Shown: piece after piece, positions 1 through 17,272 of the stretch
Layout of the letters: each line of letters starts with the position of its first letter
How positions within the stretch are numbered: position 1 is the stretch's first letter
NCBI RefSeq assembly: GCF_009914755.1
Contig: NC_060936.1
Reading direction: 5' to 3' (one strand)
Origin: the human T2T-CHM13v2.0 reference genome, Homo sapiens
Length of the DNA: 64,000 bases
Made by a program: the position numbers and the translations under genes
The notes under the pieces: generated by a model
The model's input: only the letters and a program-made list of their open reading frames with translations
Told to the model about the DNA's origin: nothing
Database searches by the model: none

Positions 1-160
1 AACTACAAAAAAATTAGCCAAGTGTAGTGGCGCATGCCTGTAATCCCAGCTACTTGGGAGACTGAGGCAGGAGAATCACTTGAACCCAGGGGGCAGAGGT
101 TGCAGTGAGCCGGGGTCGTGCCACTGCGACAGAGCAAGACTCCATCTCAAAAACAAAAAA
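1..160 (+). mobile_element. Alu right arm (window-truncated)
   Basis: Alu consensus match with A tail. Confidence 0.85.
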
Positions 161-540
161 CATTATTTTCTGATCAGCCCTCAAGATACTTGGCATAATT
201 CGTGGAGTAACTTTCGGCTTGTTTAAATTTTCTTTCCAAATGAGCCTTTAAGCTCTTTCAGATGTTTAACATTATTCAAGAAATGACCTAATAAATGCTA
301 ATTATTTATTTGAAGAAATCAAATCTCTGACCTTTCCTGAATTTTCATTCACACTATGAATGATTCAGTAGCCTTTTAATGTGTCATCATAAATATATTC
401 CTAACTTCATTAAACTATCCAGTTAAGATTTGCTACCTTCACTTATTAGTTCATAAAATGTTTATTATGTACAAAGTTGAAATACTGTCATGCTATGCAG
501 CCCAGGGGAATTGGGATGATTAAACAATGATCCATATCCT

Positions 541-1022
<482 letters not shown>

Positions 1023-1124
1023 TCACTGTAAATTACTTGGTGCTGAATCTATATTTTAAGAAGTGTATTTCTTGAATTGACAACATCCGTGACAGAAAAT
1101 CAATATTGTAAAAAAACAGATTTT

Positions 1125-1424
<300 letters not shown>

Positions 1425-1543
1425 AAACAGATTTTATTTACTACATGTTTTATTGGGCCTGTGATTTAGTTTTATGAGAAGATTATCTTTTTCATGTTTT
1501 TAAGACATTTAGCTAATTTATCTTTTAAATTTCTCTATTTAAG

Positions 1544-1604
1544 ATTCCCAATTTTCTGCATTTGACTCCTGTAGCAATTAAAAAGCACTGTGAAGCCCTT
1601 AAAG
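1544..1604 (+). CDS. MRPS35: MRPS35 internal coding exon (exon 4 of 8 by recall), [20 protein letters not shown]+G
   Basis: tttaag|ATT acceptor, AAAG|gtaagt donor; 61 nt, phase 0->1; peptide matches recalled mS35; not in ORF track. Confidence 0.95.
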
Positions 1605-1829
1605 GTAAGTGGTTATTTTCTTATATGAATTTTATATTGACTTTGAACATAAATTTAAGAATCTCTGTTCTGATATACTGTATAGCCTTATATTCAAGTT
1701 GTTTTCAGTGAATTGTTACATGTCAAGTCTGCAAATTGTTTTTGCTAACCACTACAAGGTATTAGGAATAATAATTAGAAACCATGATCCTTGTTCACAG
1801 GTAAGTTAGGGACTTACTGTTGAGTTTTA

Positions 1830-2243
<414 letters not shown>

Positions 2244-3092
2244 TTAGTGACACATGCATGTGGTAAATCAAATAGTAAAAGAGCTTATGATGAAAAAGCA
2301 CTAGCCTTATGTGCTTTCTTTACCATCCCCAGCCCCTCATTTATTTATGTATATATGCTTATATTTATAATACTCTGTAGTATATATATTTATATATACT
2401 TGTATACTCTCTGTAGTGTGTATGTGTATTTATAAAATAACAGAAGTAATCACTGGAATATGATTACACCTTCAGTTCTGGATTTATTGATTTTGAAAAC
2501 CTATTGATTTCTAGGTATAAACATAGATTTCATGTACTTACACTACTACTTCTCCTTCTCCTTCTTTCTACATGCATGGAGGTAAAGGCAAATAACATTT
2601 TTTAACTCATGGTTCTGTGTATGCTTTTATAATTATGTATATATTCCAATTTAAGTTCTGATTGATAGTTATGATTGATTAGATTTATTTAGGAGTTGGT
2701 ACCTTTGGATAAAGTCTTAATATACTCATGCTGATTTAAAGGTGTTGTATATTACATGCTCAGTATACTTACTAAGGCTTTTCAGGAAAGAATATGAAAC
2801 CTAGAAACACTTCACAAGTATCCTGATTATGTTGGGAAGGAGATGTGGAATAGTAAACATAATTATGATTAAATTTGAGCTTTTGAAAGGGCCTTCCGTT
2901 TAAAAATGTAAGGAAGACTATATAAAGAGGTCCTAAAACATAGGAATAATAACCTTACTCTTGAAATGAGGGAGGAAAAATCTGTTGCCTCTTAATAGGT
3001 CTTCTACTTTAGGACATTGGGATGCTTTTCTATCCCTTTAGAGTGTGTGTTTCTCTATGCATTTGTGCCTGGAATTAGATTAAAACTGATCA

Positions 3093-3790
<698 letters not shown>

Positions 3791-5757
3791 AAATGAAAGG
3801 CTTTTATACAGCACATTCGGAAGAGTGGCATTATATTTTATAGTATTTAAATGAGTGTCTTAATCTTTCCTTAATTATCCCTTTACACTTGCTGCTGGCC
3901 TCCGGATTCAGATTGCGTCTTCCGTATAACTCAAAGGCTTTTCAAGTACTTCTTCTCAGTTTTCTTTCAAAGTAGGTCAGTTCAGATTTTATATCTAACT
4001 TGCAAATGGAAAATCTGAAGCATGGGAAAGTTAGGTAATTTACCAAAACTTTAATAATCAGTGGCAGAAGTTAAATACAAACTAAGGTCTTCCAAAGTCT
4101 CATCTATTGCTCTACCTATCAGATGAGTAAAGGCTAATAGGAGTCTATTATGTGTTTTCCATTTGGCTGTCTTTTTTTAGACATATAATTTAGGTAATTT
4201 AATTTTAAAACTGTAATTATCATTTGATGATTGAAATGACTTATTCACATTTTTTTTTTTAAGTAAAAGAAAAAAGAGTCAGTGCAAACCCAAGAGCTCA
4301 CAAAATTCCCCAAACTAGTCTCTCTTATAAAGTGCTTGGAAGTGATGCATCTTATAGTGCAGGATATTGGAGTAAGTTCATGATGGGAATGAAATTCAGC
4401 CTCAACAATCTTGCTCTGTTCATATTTTTTCAATGTTACAATGATGTTAATTGCAAAGATACTTCTTTCCCCTCAAAACGACCGGGTATTGATTTTTTAA
4501 ACAGTGTTCAAGGAATGGAGTGAACTATGTTTAATTTGTTAACATGTTTAGTCCCAGATATCAGAGAGTCTTTGTAATCCAGAGTGACATTTTGCAGACT
4601 CTGATTTTAAAGCCTAAATGAGAGCAAAATATTGTTCCTATTATAAGAAAATCGTTAGCCCAAGGAAATGTTATTGGCAAAATAGTTCTCACTGCCCCTT
4701 AGACTGTCACCTAGAAGAGCTCCCACATCTGCCTGTGATTATGACCAGCCTTTTCTGCAGTTGTGCTTTTTTGGAGGAAGCATGGATCTGTGCAGTCTAA
4801 TATGTTTGACCCAAGAAACCAGTTACTTTTAGCTGTTCTTAGAGTGAGGCTGTTTAAGAAATGAGATTTCCATTGTGGACAGCCTTATAGTGCCAGAAGT
4901 TTTCATCTCAAGCTGAAAGTTCTCTGCCATGCTAACTTGATTGAAACAGGACAAGATGAAATCAGCTCTGATACCTGGGGGAAGCTGGGAGCTACCTCTT
5001 TTCCTTTAAGTTTTTTTTTTTTTCCCATTAGGGGCCTGAGTTTATGCTTCTGTGTTATGAAGATAGAGAGGCATGTTCACAGTGCTTGGAGCTCCTGTTG
5101 TGGCCTAGGTCTCAGACCCAATCCCACTTCCTCTCTATGCTCTCTTGCCCAAATATGAGGACAAGGCTTTCTTCTTTCCATTTAACCCCATTGGCACATA
5201 GAAGTCACATAGAAAAAATATCAGTTCTTATAAGAATCCATTTAAGGGCTTAGGCATTTGTACCTGTTTGAGTTGAGGTTCTATTCAGCCAAATTTCTAG
5301 ACGACTGTTGACTCCATCTCAGTTTCTTCTTAGGGCTTTTTGAGAGCTTTCAATTCCTTTCAGCTGATCTTTAGTAACCTTTAGTAATTAATACTATCTG
5401 TTACTTTTTTGAAAACAGTAATGCTGTGGGCACTATGAACTGTTTGCTTTTAGTTGGTACAGAGGAAGTAAACTGTCCAGTAACAGATATGTGCAAAGCT
5501 TATAATAAGCTTCCATCAAGGCACAGTTCCCTTTTAACTGAAAATACCATTACCACCAAACCTGAAATATCCAAAGAATTCCCTAATTAAATTGCCTAAT
5601 TTAGGATGTACCTGATAGGAAAAGGGATAAGGGATGATGCTATATATGTAAAGTGCAGAAGAGAATCTGTTCTTTCATGTAACTTGGTGATGCTCTCAGT
5701 AATTTGGTATTGTCTAGTAGTATGCATTACAATGAGAATTTACTTGCAAAAGTGTAA

Positions 5758-5949
<192 letters not shown>

Positions 5950-5992
5950 TAAATAAGAATCATTCTAATACATTATTTAAAGATGTCTTTGG

Positions 5993-6535
<543 letters not shown>

Positions 6536-6674
6536 CTATAGTAGCTCATTTTAGTATATAGTCACAGCCTGCCTTTGTGTATATTAATGGGATGATACTG
6601 TATGTGTTCAGCAGTCTCTTAACAAGAATTAAACATTTCCCAATAATATTAAACATTCTTTAATTTAATTTGAA

Positions 6675-6948
6675 TTTTTTTGAGATGAGATCTGACAGGC
6701 AGAGAGTAGTGGCACTAACATAGCTCAATGTGGCCTCCAATTTCTGGGTTCAATTGATTGTCCTGCCTCAGCCTCCAAAGTGGCTGGGACTACAGGTGTG
6801 AGACACTGCCCAGCCCATTTTCTTAAATTTTTTGTAGATACAGGATCTCACTTTGTTGCCCAGCTTTTCTTGAACTCCTGGCTCAAGTGATCTTCCCACT
6901 TCCGCCTCCCAAAGCACTGGAATTACAGGTGTGAGCCACTGCACCCAA
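6675..6948 (-). mobile_element. AluJ-like
   Basis: Reverse-complement diverged Alu. Confidence 0.8.
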
Positions 6949-7521
6949 TCTAATTTAATTTTAATGGCTGCATAGAATAACGTATAAATGAGAGATTGTT
7001 ATGTACCAAGACAGTGTTTGAATCTGGGGGTGTAATGTTGATCACTTCAAACTTAGCCTTTTTTCTGAGACTGAAGTGTGATATATAAATAATTTCATAA
7101 TACAGGGCTACCATAATTTATCTGTATTATGGAACCTTTAGGCTTTTTAATGGTTTTCTTTATTAGAAAAATATTTTAATGAATATTCTTAGGTATTAAT
7201 ATTTGTATGTATTTCTAATGATGTTCCTAAGATAACTTCCTGAAAGGAGAACTATGAGGTCAAAGGATATAGCTCTTGAAGTTTGTTGATATATATTATA
7301 AAATTCCTGCAGGAAATGTAAAAAAATATAATCCCAGCAGAATGTGAGAAGGCCTGCTTTCCTGTGCTCTCACCAACCTACATATTACCTGTCAACTTGA
7401 TAGGTAAAAAATTTGTCTTATATTTAAAATTTGTATGTCTTTGAATACTAGTGAGGTTGAGGATTTATTCCTTTGCAAAACATGTATTTTTTGTCATTTG
7501 CTCATTTTGGTGGTGTATTGA

Positions 7522-7846
<325 letters not shown>

Positions 7847-8691
7847 GTTGTTTCTTTTTAATAATGGCTTTATTGAGACATAGTTCACTTGCTATAGAAT
7901 TCCCCCCTTAACCATCCTCAAGCCCCTTTTAGCCACTAATCTACTTTTTGTCTCTGGATTTACCTATTCTTGATGTGTTACAGAAATGGAACCATGCAAT
8001 ATGTTTTCTTTCACTTAGTGTAATGTTTTCAATAGGTTTCATCTGTTGTAGCATGTATTATTTTATCATTTCTTTTTATTGCCAAATATTTTATTTTATG
8101 AATATACCACATTTTATTTATCCATTCATTAATTGGTGGACATTTGGGTTGTGTCTACTTTTTGGATGAATAATGCTGTTGAACATTCACATACAGGTTT
8201 TTGTGTAGATATGTGTTTTCCATTCTCTTGGGTATATACCTAGCAGTGGAATGACTGAGTTGCATGGCACCTCCATATTTAACATTTTGAGGAACTGCCA
8301 AACTGTTTTTGAAAAACAATTTCAAAGTGGCTTCACTATTTTACAATTTCACCAGCAAGTTTGAGGCTTTCTATTTCTCCACATCCTCACTAATGGTTAT
8401 TACCTGTCCTTTAGTTTTAGCCATTCTGATAGGTATGAAAGTATCATTGTAGTTTTGATTTGTGTCTCCCTAATAACCATCTTTTCATGTGCTTGTTGAC
8501 TATTTGTATATGTTTGGAGAAATGTCTGTTCATATCCTTTGCCTGTTTTTTAATTGGGTTGTTTATCTTTCGATTGTTGAGTTATAAGTGTATTTTATAT
8601 ATTCTGGACACCAGTCCCAGTCCCTTCTCAGATATATGATTTGTAAACATTTTCTTCCATTCTTTGGGTTGTCCTCTTACTTTCTTGATGA

Positions 8692-8983
<292 letters not shown>

Positions 8984-9029
8984 TTTTAAGCACAGAAGTT
9001 TTAATTTTGATGAAGTCCAATTTATGTAA

Positions 9030-9356
9030 GTCATGTGCTGCATAATGATGTTGTGGTCAGTGATAAACACATACACAACAGTGGTCCCAAGAGATTATAA
9101 TACTGTATTTTCACTGCACTTTTTCTATGTTTAGATATGTTTAAATACACAAGTACAATTTTGTTACAGTTGTTACAGTATTTAACAGTAACATGCTACA
9201 CAGGTTTGTAGCCAAGGAGCAATTGACTATACCATGTAGTCTAGGTGTGTAGTAGGCTGTACCACCTAGGATTGTGTAAATACATAATGATGTTTGTACA
9301 TGACAAAATCACCTAGCCATGTCTTTGTCAAAAAATATTGTTAAGTGGCGTATGAC
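9030..9356. mobile_element. Tigger3-like DNA transposon
   Basis: GTCATGtGCtGCATAA...AAGTGGCGTATGAC degenerate terminal inverted repeats; body resembles recalled Tigger3. Confidence 0.65.
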
Positions 9357-9516
9357 AGTATTTTTCCTTTTGTTTCTTGTGCTTTTGGTGTCATATGTAA
9401 GAAATCATTGTCTTATTCAAGGTCATAAAAGATTCACTCTTGTGTTTCCTCCTAAAAGTTTTATAGTTTTAGCTCTTACATTTAGATCTATGACCTATTG
9501 TTTGTTAATTATCATA

Positions 9517-9840
9517 CAGTTGTTCCTCAGTATCTGTTTGGGATTGGTTCCAGGAACGCTTGTAAATTCATAGATCTGTGGATGCCTAAGTCCCTGATAT
9601 AAAATGGCATAGTATTTGAATATTGAATATAACCTAGTACATCCTCCTATATACTTTGTCATTTCTAGATTACTTATAATGCCTAATACAACGTAAATAG
9701 TTGTTATACTGTATTTTAAGAATATGCAGTTTAAAAATTGTTATATTGTTATTTTTTCTGAATATTTTCAATCCACGTTCCAATCCACGGTTAGTTGAAT
9801 CCACAAATGTGGAGCCCGTGGAGACAAAGGGCTAACTGGA
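9517..9840 (+). mobile_element. MER2 (Tigger-derived)
   Basis: CAGTTGTTCCTCAGTATC...AAGTCCCTGATATAAAATGGCATAGTATTTG matches recalled MER2. Confidence 0.75.
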
Positions 9841-10009
9841 TATGGTGTGAAGCTGGGGTCCAGCTTCATTCTTTTGCATTCCGTTTGCATGTTGATCCAA
9901 TACCATTTTTGAAAAGACTATTCTTTCCCATTGAATGGTCTTGACATCCTTGTCAAAAGTCATATAGTTATCTTTTAACTTTTCATTTGGCTACTTTACC
10001 AAATTCTCT

Positions 10010-13000
10010 TTTTTAAATTTTTTATTATGAAAATTTTCAAATGTATGGACAAGTAGAAAGAGGCTAATATAATAAATACCCATACACATGGCATCTTGAT
10101 TTAGTAATTAATATTTTGACAAATTTGCTTCATACACATACATACACATCTAAGTACCTTAACATTTCTGACACCTAATGTTTCACACTAAAATACTTCA
10201 GTGTGTTATCTCTAAGAATTAAGGAGATGTTTCCTATTTAATTCCAATACTATTACCACATGTAACAAAATTGTCAGTAATTCCCAAATATCATCTAAAA
10301 TATCTACTCCACATTATATTTCCCCTATTGCCTTACAAAATGGTATTTTTTAAGCTCTGTTATTGAAACCAGAATCCCGCCAAAGACCATTGTATTTGGT
10401 AATGATGTATCTTATGTTATCTGGAATGGCAAACAACCCCACCTCCCTCCCTTCTTCCTGATGAATTTGACTTGTTAAAGAGACAGGGTATTTATCTTGT
10501 AACATTTCCTATCTTCTGAATTTGCCCCATTGCATCTGGATGTCATTTACCTTATTTCTTTATCTCCTGTATTTCACATAACCTGGAAGTTAGATTTAAA
10601 GGGCTGATAAGATTCCAGTTAAATATGTTTGGCAAGAATACTTTATAGATATTGCTATGTATTTTATATTGCATCAGGGGCACGTAAAGTCTGGTGGCCT
10701 CATTCTCAGTATGCTGAAATTGAGCACTTGGCTAAGAAGCTGACAACCTAATCATTCCTTTGTGAAGATTTTTGTTTTGCTTTTCCCTTGAACAAGTAAT
10801 CTGTGGGTGGATATCAAGTAAAATCATTATTCTTTTTGGTCCTCGAAGTATATCTATCTTACCTTTGGCCAGTGGGAACTCTTTTAAGTTGGTTCCTGTG
10901 TCCTTTTGTTACAATCCTTTAGCATTTGAAAGTTTCCTTGTATTTTGACACAAGATGGTTCAGGCTCATTTTTATAAATTTCTTATCCCGGACCTGGAAT
11001 CAGCCATTTTTCAAGGAGCCCTAATACCTGCCAGTGGACAATGGTGTTTACAGACCATGATCTGGATGCTAGGACTTCTCAGCTGATTCTTTCGGAAATT
11101 TCTCAAGACATAATAGATAAATAATGGTAGTTTTAATTCCCCTTTTCAAGTAACCATAGCTTGTTTTTTCTTTTTGTCTTTTGCATTAGATAAAATTTCT
11201 GAAGTCATATTTCTGTAGTTCCTTATGCTGTTGCATACTTTAATTGTCTGTGCCTCTAGTGTTTAACCTCAAGTATGAGGTAGGATTTCAGTGAGATAAT
11301 AGTGTTTATTATGTTAATGGTGTATCCTATTCTTAGATTACTAGCATTTATGAAATTACCTCCTTTGAATTATTGAAGTCATAAATTACATCAATAGGTT
11401 TTCAATATACTGATGCATTTCTGAACCCTGGTCAGTTCATAGTGTATCATTCTTTTATTCTACTGCTGATTTGCTGTGCTAGAATTTTACTTAGGGTCAT
11501 TTGTCCGGATGCCATATTGCTTTGGAGAAACATGAGATCCCTACTGTTACTCACCTGGACCACGCCACGTGCCATTGCACTTCCAAGTGTCTGCCCTAGG
11601 AACTTCTAATTTAGTATTTGAAGTCACTGTTTGTTTCCTTTGTCAAAGAAATCTTGGTACACATGGCATATCTTTTTCACACAGCAGTCATGGAGCAGTT
11701 ACCTGATATACTTTTTAAAATTAAACTTTTTATTTTAGAATAGTTTTTAGTTTACAGAAAGGTTCCAAGAATAGTAGAGAATTTCAGACCCAGGTTCCCC
11801 TGTTGTAAACATCTTAAAATATACTATGGTACGTTTGTCACAACTAGTGAATTAATATTGATACTGAATCAATATTGAATTTATTGTTATTAAAGTCCCT
11901 ACTTTGTTCAGATTATCTTAGTTTTTTTCTAATACCCTTTTTCTGTTCCAGAATCCCATCCAGTTTACAAATCACATTTAGTCATCATAATTTCTTAGGT
12001 TTATCTTGGGTGTGATGTTTCTCAGACTTGACTTGTTTTTGATGACCTTAACAGTTTTGAGAAGTACTAGTTGTATATTTGGTAGAATGTCTTTCAACTT
12101 GTGTGTTTGGGGAGAAAAACCCCAGAAATAAAGTGCCATTCTCATCACATCATATCGAGAGTATAGGCTATTAAGATGATTTGTTTTGTTTGTTTTTTTG
12201 AGATAGTGTCTCATTCTGTCACTTACGCTGGAGTGCAGTGGCACAAGCACGGCTCACTGCAGCCTCGACCTTCCCAGGCTCTGGTGATCCTCCCACCTTT
12301 GTTTCCCCAGTAGCTGGGACTACAAGCGCAAGCCACCACGGCTAGCTAGTTTTCGTATTTTTTGTAGAGATGAGGTTTTGCCATGTTGCCAGGGGGTTTT
12401 GCCATGTTGCCAGGGCTGGTCTGGAACTCCTGGGCTCAAGTGATACTCTCACCTCAGCCTCCTAAAGTGCTGGGATTACAGGCAGTGAGCCACTGTGCCG
12501 GCCATGATTTGTCAGTGATGATGCTAATCTTCATCACCTGGCTGAGGTAGTACTTGTCCATTTTCTTCACCATAAAATTATACTTCCTCCCCTCTTACCC
12601 ATACTCTACTCTTTAGAAGAAAGTTACTATGCAGAGCCCACACTTAAGGATCAGGAGGTATGCTCCACTTCTTTGAGAAAGAAGTATCACATAAATTATG
12701 TACAGTCCTTTTATATGGCAAATTTGTTCATTCTCCCCTATTTATTAATCATTTATTTATATCAGTATGGACTCATGGATATTTATTTTACACTATGTGT
12801 CATAATCCAATAAAACATTATTTTTTTGCTCAAATTGTTCTGAGTTTAACCATTGGGAACTCTTTCCAGTGACTCTTCTGTTCCTTTGCCATGCCCCTGT
12901 CATTTGTTTTTAAGCAATTTCTTATTTTCTGGCACTACAAAATGCTCTGGGCTCTTTCCCTGTCCCATTCCTAGAATCAGCATTTCTCCAAGGAGCCCTT
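10010..13000 (-). mobile_element. Ancient L1M 3'-end fragments (about 10010-11100 and 11720-13000) with an AluJ at 12180-12503
   Basis: CCTGGAATCAGCCATTTTTCAAGGAGCCC / CCTAGAATCAGCATTTCTCCAAGGAGCCC L1MC/MD-type motifs. Confidence 0.6.
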
Positions 13001-13302
13001 ACTGATGTGCTTTTGATTTGTCTGGAGGGTGACTACTACCTCTTTGAGGTGCCTCCTGGGACCCTCAAAATATTAACTTTTATACTCTGTGTAGCCTGTA
13101 CTTTAAGCCAGAACATTCAAAGTACACTGAAGAAATGTGTTGAAAATCTATGCAACCATTTTCGCATTATGTACTAGCAAATAAACAATCTTTAATTTCT
13201 GGAATTTTCCATTTTCCTCAGTGATATTGTTGATTGATTTGTAGTTTTCTTTCTTTGCTAGGTTTCAGTATCAGGGCTGTACCAATTTTTTTCTTAATTT
13301 AA

Positions 13303-13614
<312 letters not shown>

Positions 13615-14205
13615 TGAAGTGAATTATGAAGCTTTCCAATCTTTTTTATTTTGTAGAACAGTTTAAATACACAACAATATACTAAGTTCTTAGATTGAAG
13701 CTGTTTTTAAATCACAAAGACAGTATATGTTTACTGTATAAAATTTCAAAAATCCCAATAAAAGAAAAAAAAGAATTGAAAGTTCAGCCATGCTTGTACC
13801 ATTCCACAGGTTCATATTTTTAAGAACATATTAAATGTTACCTATTTTTCATAATAATGGTAACAACTACAACCAACAGTTGTTGAGCTCTGTTGTGTGT
13901 TGAAAAATCTCTGAACTGAGAGTCAGAAAACCTAGATCTTAATTTACGTTATTCACCTCAAGTTTTGTGGGCCTCCGTCTTCAGTCCTAGAATTGACATC
14001 CAATGTCCCTACTGGTTCTAAGTTTGCTTATTTTATTTCACACAAAAATAATCTCATTGCTTTATTTGAAGGATGGCACCAGATTTCATTTCTTGTATCA
14101 TGCTTTTCCTCTTGTCCTCTCTGTGCCTTGTGCTAGCCTGTGATGCCTTCATTGCTCCCTTGTACCCCTTCTGCTGACTTCATGTCTGCCCTGCTAGACT
14201 CTGCA

Positions 14206-14218
14206 CTCCACCTGCTGG
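14206..14218 (-). promoter_or_regulatory. Candidate CTCF site (reverse)
   Basis: CCAGCAGGTGGAG on - strand vs consensus CCASYAGRKGGCR. Confidence 0.4.
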
Positions 14219-14718
14219 CTGTTGAGGCTCAGTGGTGGTGTCCTGGATGTGCCATGTAGTTCAAGGGTAAACGTAGGTCAAACAGGTGGACTAAAGCACA
14301 TGCAGTCCAGCATGATTAAAGCAATATCGTGAAGGTAGTCAACTGTTAGAAACTACTATTGGACATACTCAAATGTTTTAATGCACAGAAAAAAAAATTT
14401 TGATAGTCATAAAAGTTTAGGATTAAAAACAACTTATATATAACTTTACTTCAAAAGTGCTTTATTCTATTAATCTCATTTATTTCTGACAAAAATTCTG
14501 GAATTAAGTGTTCTTGAGGAAACTGAGTCTCAGGGAGGTAACATGATTTAAGGTAACATTAAATGGCAAATCTACAAATCAAACCAATTCTTGTCTTTTA
14601 TGTAATACCAGCATTCTTTAACTAACCACATCATACTTGCATATAGAGAAAATATTTCACAAGTTTAGACATTTCCGAATTTATGTAGCTCTTTTTGTGT
14701 TAAAATGTAGTCATTTGA

Positions 14719-14721
<3 letters not shown>

Positions 14722-14756
<35 letters not shown>
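14722..14756. repeat. (AT)n microsatellite
   Basis: Pure AT dinucleotide run. Confidence 0.95.
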
Positions 14757-14758
<2 letters not shown>

Positions 14759-14939
14759 AGCACCTCCTGTGATTTGAAATATCAGTGTTATTTTGGGGAT
14801 AATGTTAACAGTATTATATCGATTCTTTGAAATGTAGCAACTGAGGGCAAAATATCTAAGTACTTTGAATTTTGATAAAAGACAGTGAATGCCACTCAGC
14901 CCAGGTTAAAGTATTAGCCCAGATTAAAGACTACAATGT

Positions 14940-14972
14940 TGCAGTGCCTTTGAGTGCTACCAGGTGGCGTGA
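14940..14972 (+). promoter_or_regulatory. Candidate CTCF site with upstream motif
   Basis: TGCAGTGCC-N5-GTGCTACCAGGTGGCGTGA. Confidence 0.65.
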
Positions 14973-15896
14973 GTGCACCACACAACTGTTCCTGAAATAT
15001 TTATGATTTTTGGCATAAACTCCATATAGTTATTGAACATTAAAATGTTAATGTTAATGTGAGTTTTAAATTAATGTGAATGTGATCTTACATTACACGT
15101 TGCAGTAATGATCAGCTTTGCTGCCTTTTTTTGGACCACTTCTTATATAAAAAGCTAGAATACTTTAAGCTTTTGAAACTTTTAAATTTATTGTTAGACA
15201 TTATTATGATTTCATTGAAGGGAGGTTTAAAAAAGGCAAAATCACAACATTCTCACTATCCTAATGTAAAAACTATTTATTTTTCTCTCCCTGTTCCCTC
15301 TTATACATGCATATGTGCATATATTTGTGTATTCATAATCATAATAAAGGTATATTTTATTTTTTGTAAAAAATTCTTCATATTGGTTTTAATCAGAGTA
15401 TAAAATGGCTTATTTTATCTGTCAAGTCAGTAACCTGGTAGTTGATACATTCTCTTTCCAGAAAACTGTGGTGATTCACATTGTCTAATTGAGAGTTAAT
15501 AGTCAGTATTCATATTACTTGAGTTGTTTTTAAGAGTGCATTTATATTTATCTATTTTCTCTACTTCAAATACAAAATACAAAAATTCACAGTGCTTTAA
15601 AAAACAATATATCCTCCCTTTTAAAAATTTATGTATTCATTCAGCAAATATTTGTTGCATGCATTTTAAGTGTTAAGCCATTGCCAAGAACGAGATAGCA
15701 TCATTCTTACCCTCAAGGGTTTCAAATCAGTGGGGAAAAAATGGGAAAATAAATAGGCTACTATACTGTGATGTCTTGAGGGAAGTGTACAGAGTTATTG
15801 AAGCTACAGAAAACCAAATAGATTTCAAAATCCTATTTAGCTTTTTTTCTTCTTGATATAGTTACAGCTCTTTTTTATTCTTAATGCTCTCCATAG

Positions 15897-16255
<359 letters not shown>

Positions 16256-16708
16256 TATCTTCTTGTATCAAATGTATTCATCTCTAGATAATACCTTTAG
16301 CCCATGCCCTTATTCTCTGCAAATTAAAAATTGTGTTCATTTGTTCTAGCACTTCCCAAAATATGTCTAAGGAAGACTACTGTTGTGAACCGTTCCTTGA
16401 AAAGTGGAATCTGACGTCAAATAAATTTGAGAATCATTGCATATTAACCCTGTATTTTGAAATTTCAAGATGCTTATTAGCATATTATCTGTTCTAAAAA
16501 ATGCTACCTTAAAAAACCCAATTTACCTCGGCATTTCCTAAACATTTTCAACAGAAAGAGCCTTTTAAAAAAATTCTTCTTAGCCTGTGGGAGTAGTGTT
16601 AACATTTTGAGAAACGTTGAGCTAAATGAATTTTTCAATTGTTTTGATCCTTCCCTGATGCTGTATTCCAGCTTCCATGAGATATCTGTAGCTTTTAAAA
16701 AAAGCTTG

Positions 16709-16784
16709 TTGCAGTGATACAAGTCTCATAATTGCATGGTAGAACTTGTAATGATGCAAGTCTCATAATTGCATGATAGAAATT
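16709..16784. repeat. Two-copy 37-bp tandem duplication
   Basis: TGATaCAAGTCTCATAATTGCATGgTAGAA at 16715, repeated at 16752. Confidence 0.9.
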
Positions 16785-16993
16785 TCTTAAAGCCCTTATG
16801 TTTTATCTATTTATTTCTATATTCCAACTTAACTAACGCTAATTGAGTTTAATTCTATTAGTGCTACTCGTAAGCACCATAATTTCATTTATTTAACAGA
16901 TATGTCGTTAGTTCTTTCAGGGAAGGCATTAATGCCCAGAACTTTCAAAGAACTTCAAACAGTATGTTGCCTTCCCTTTTTCTGTTTCCATGA

Positions 16994-17272
<279 letters not shown>

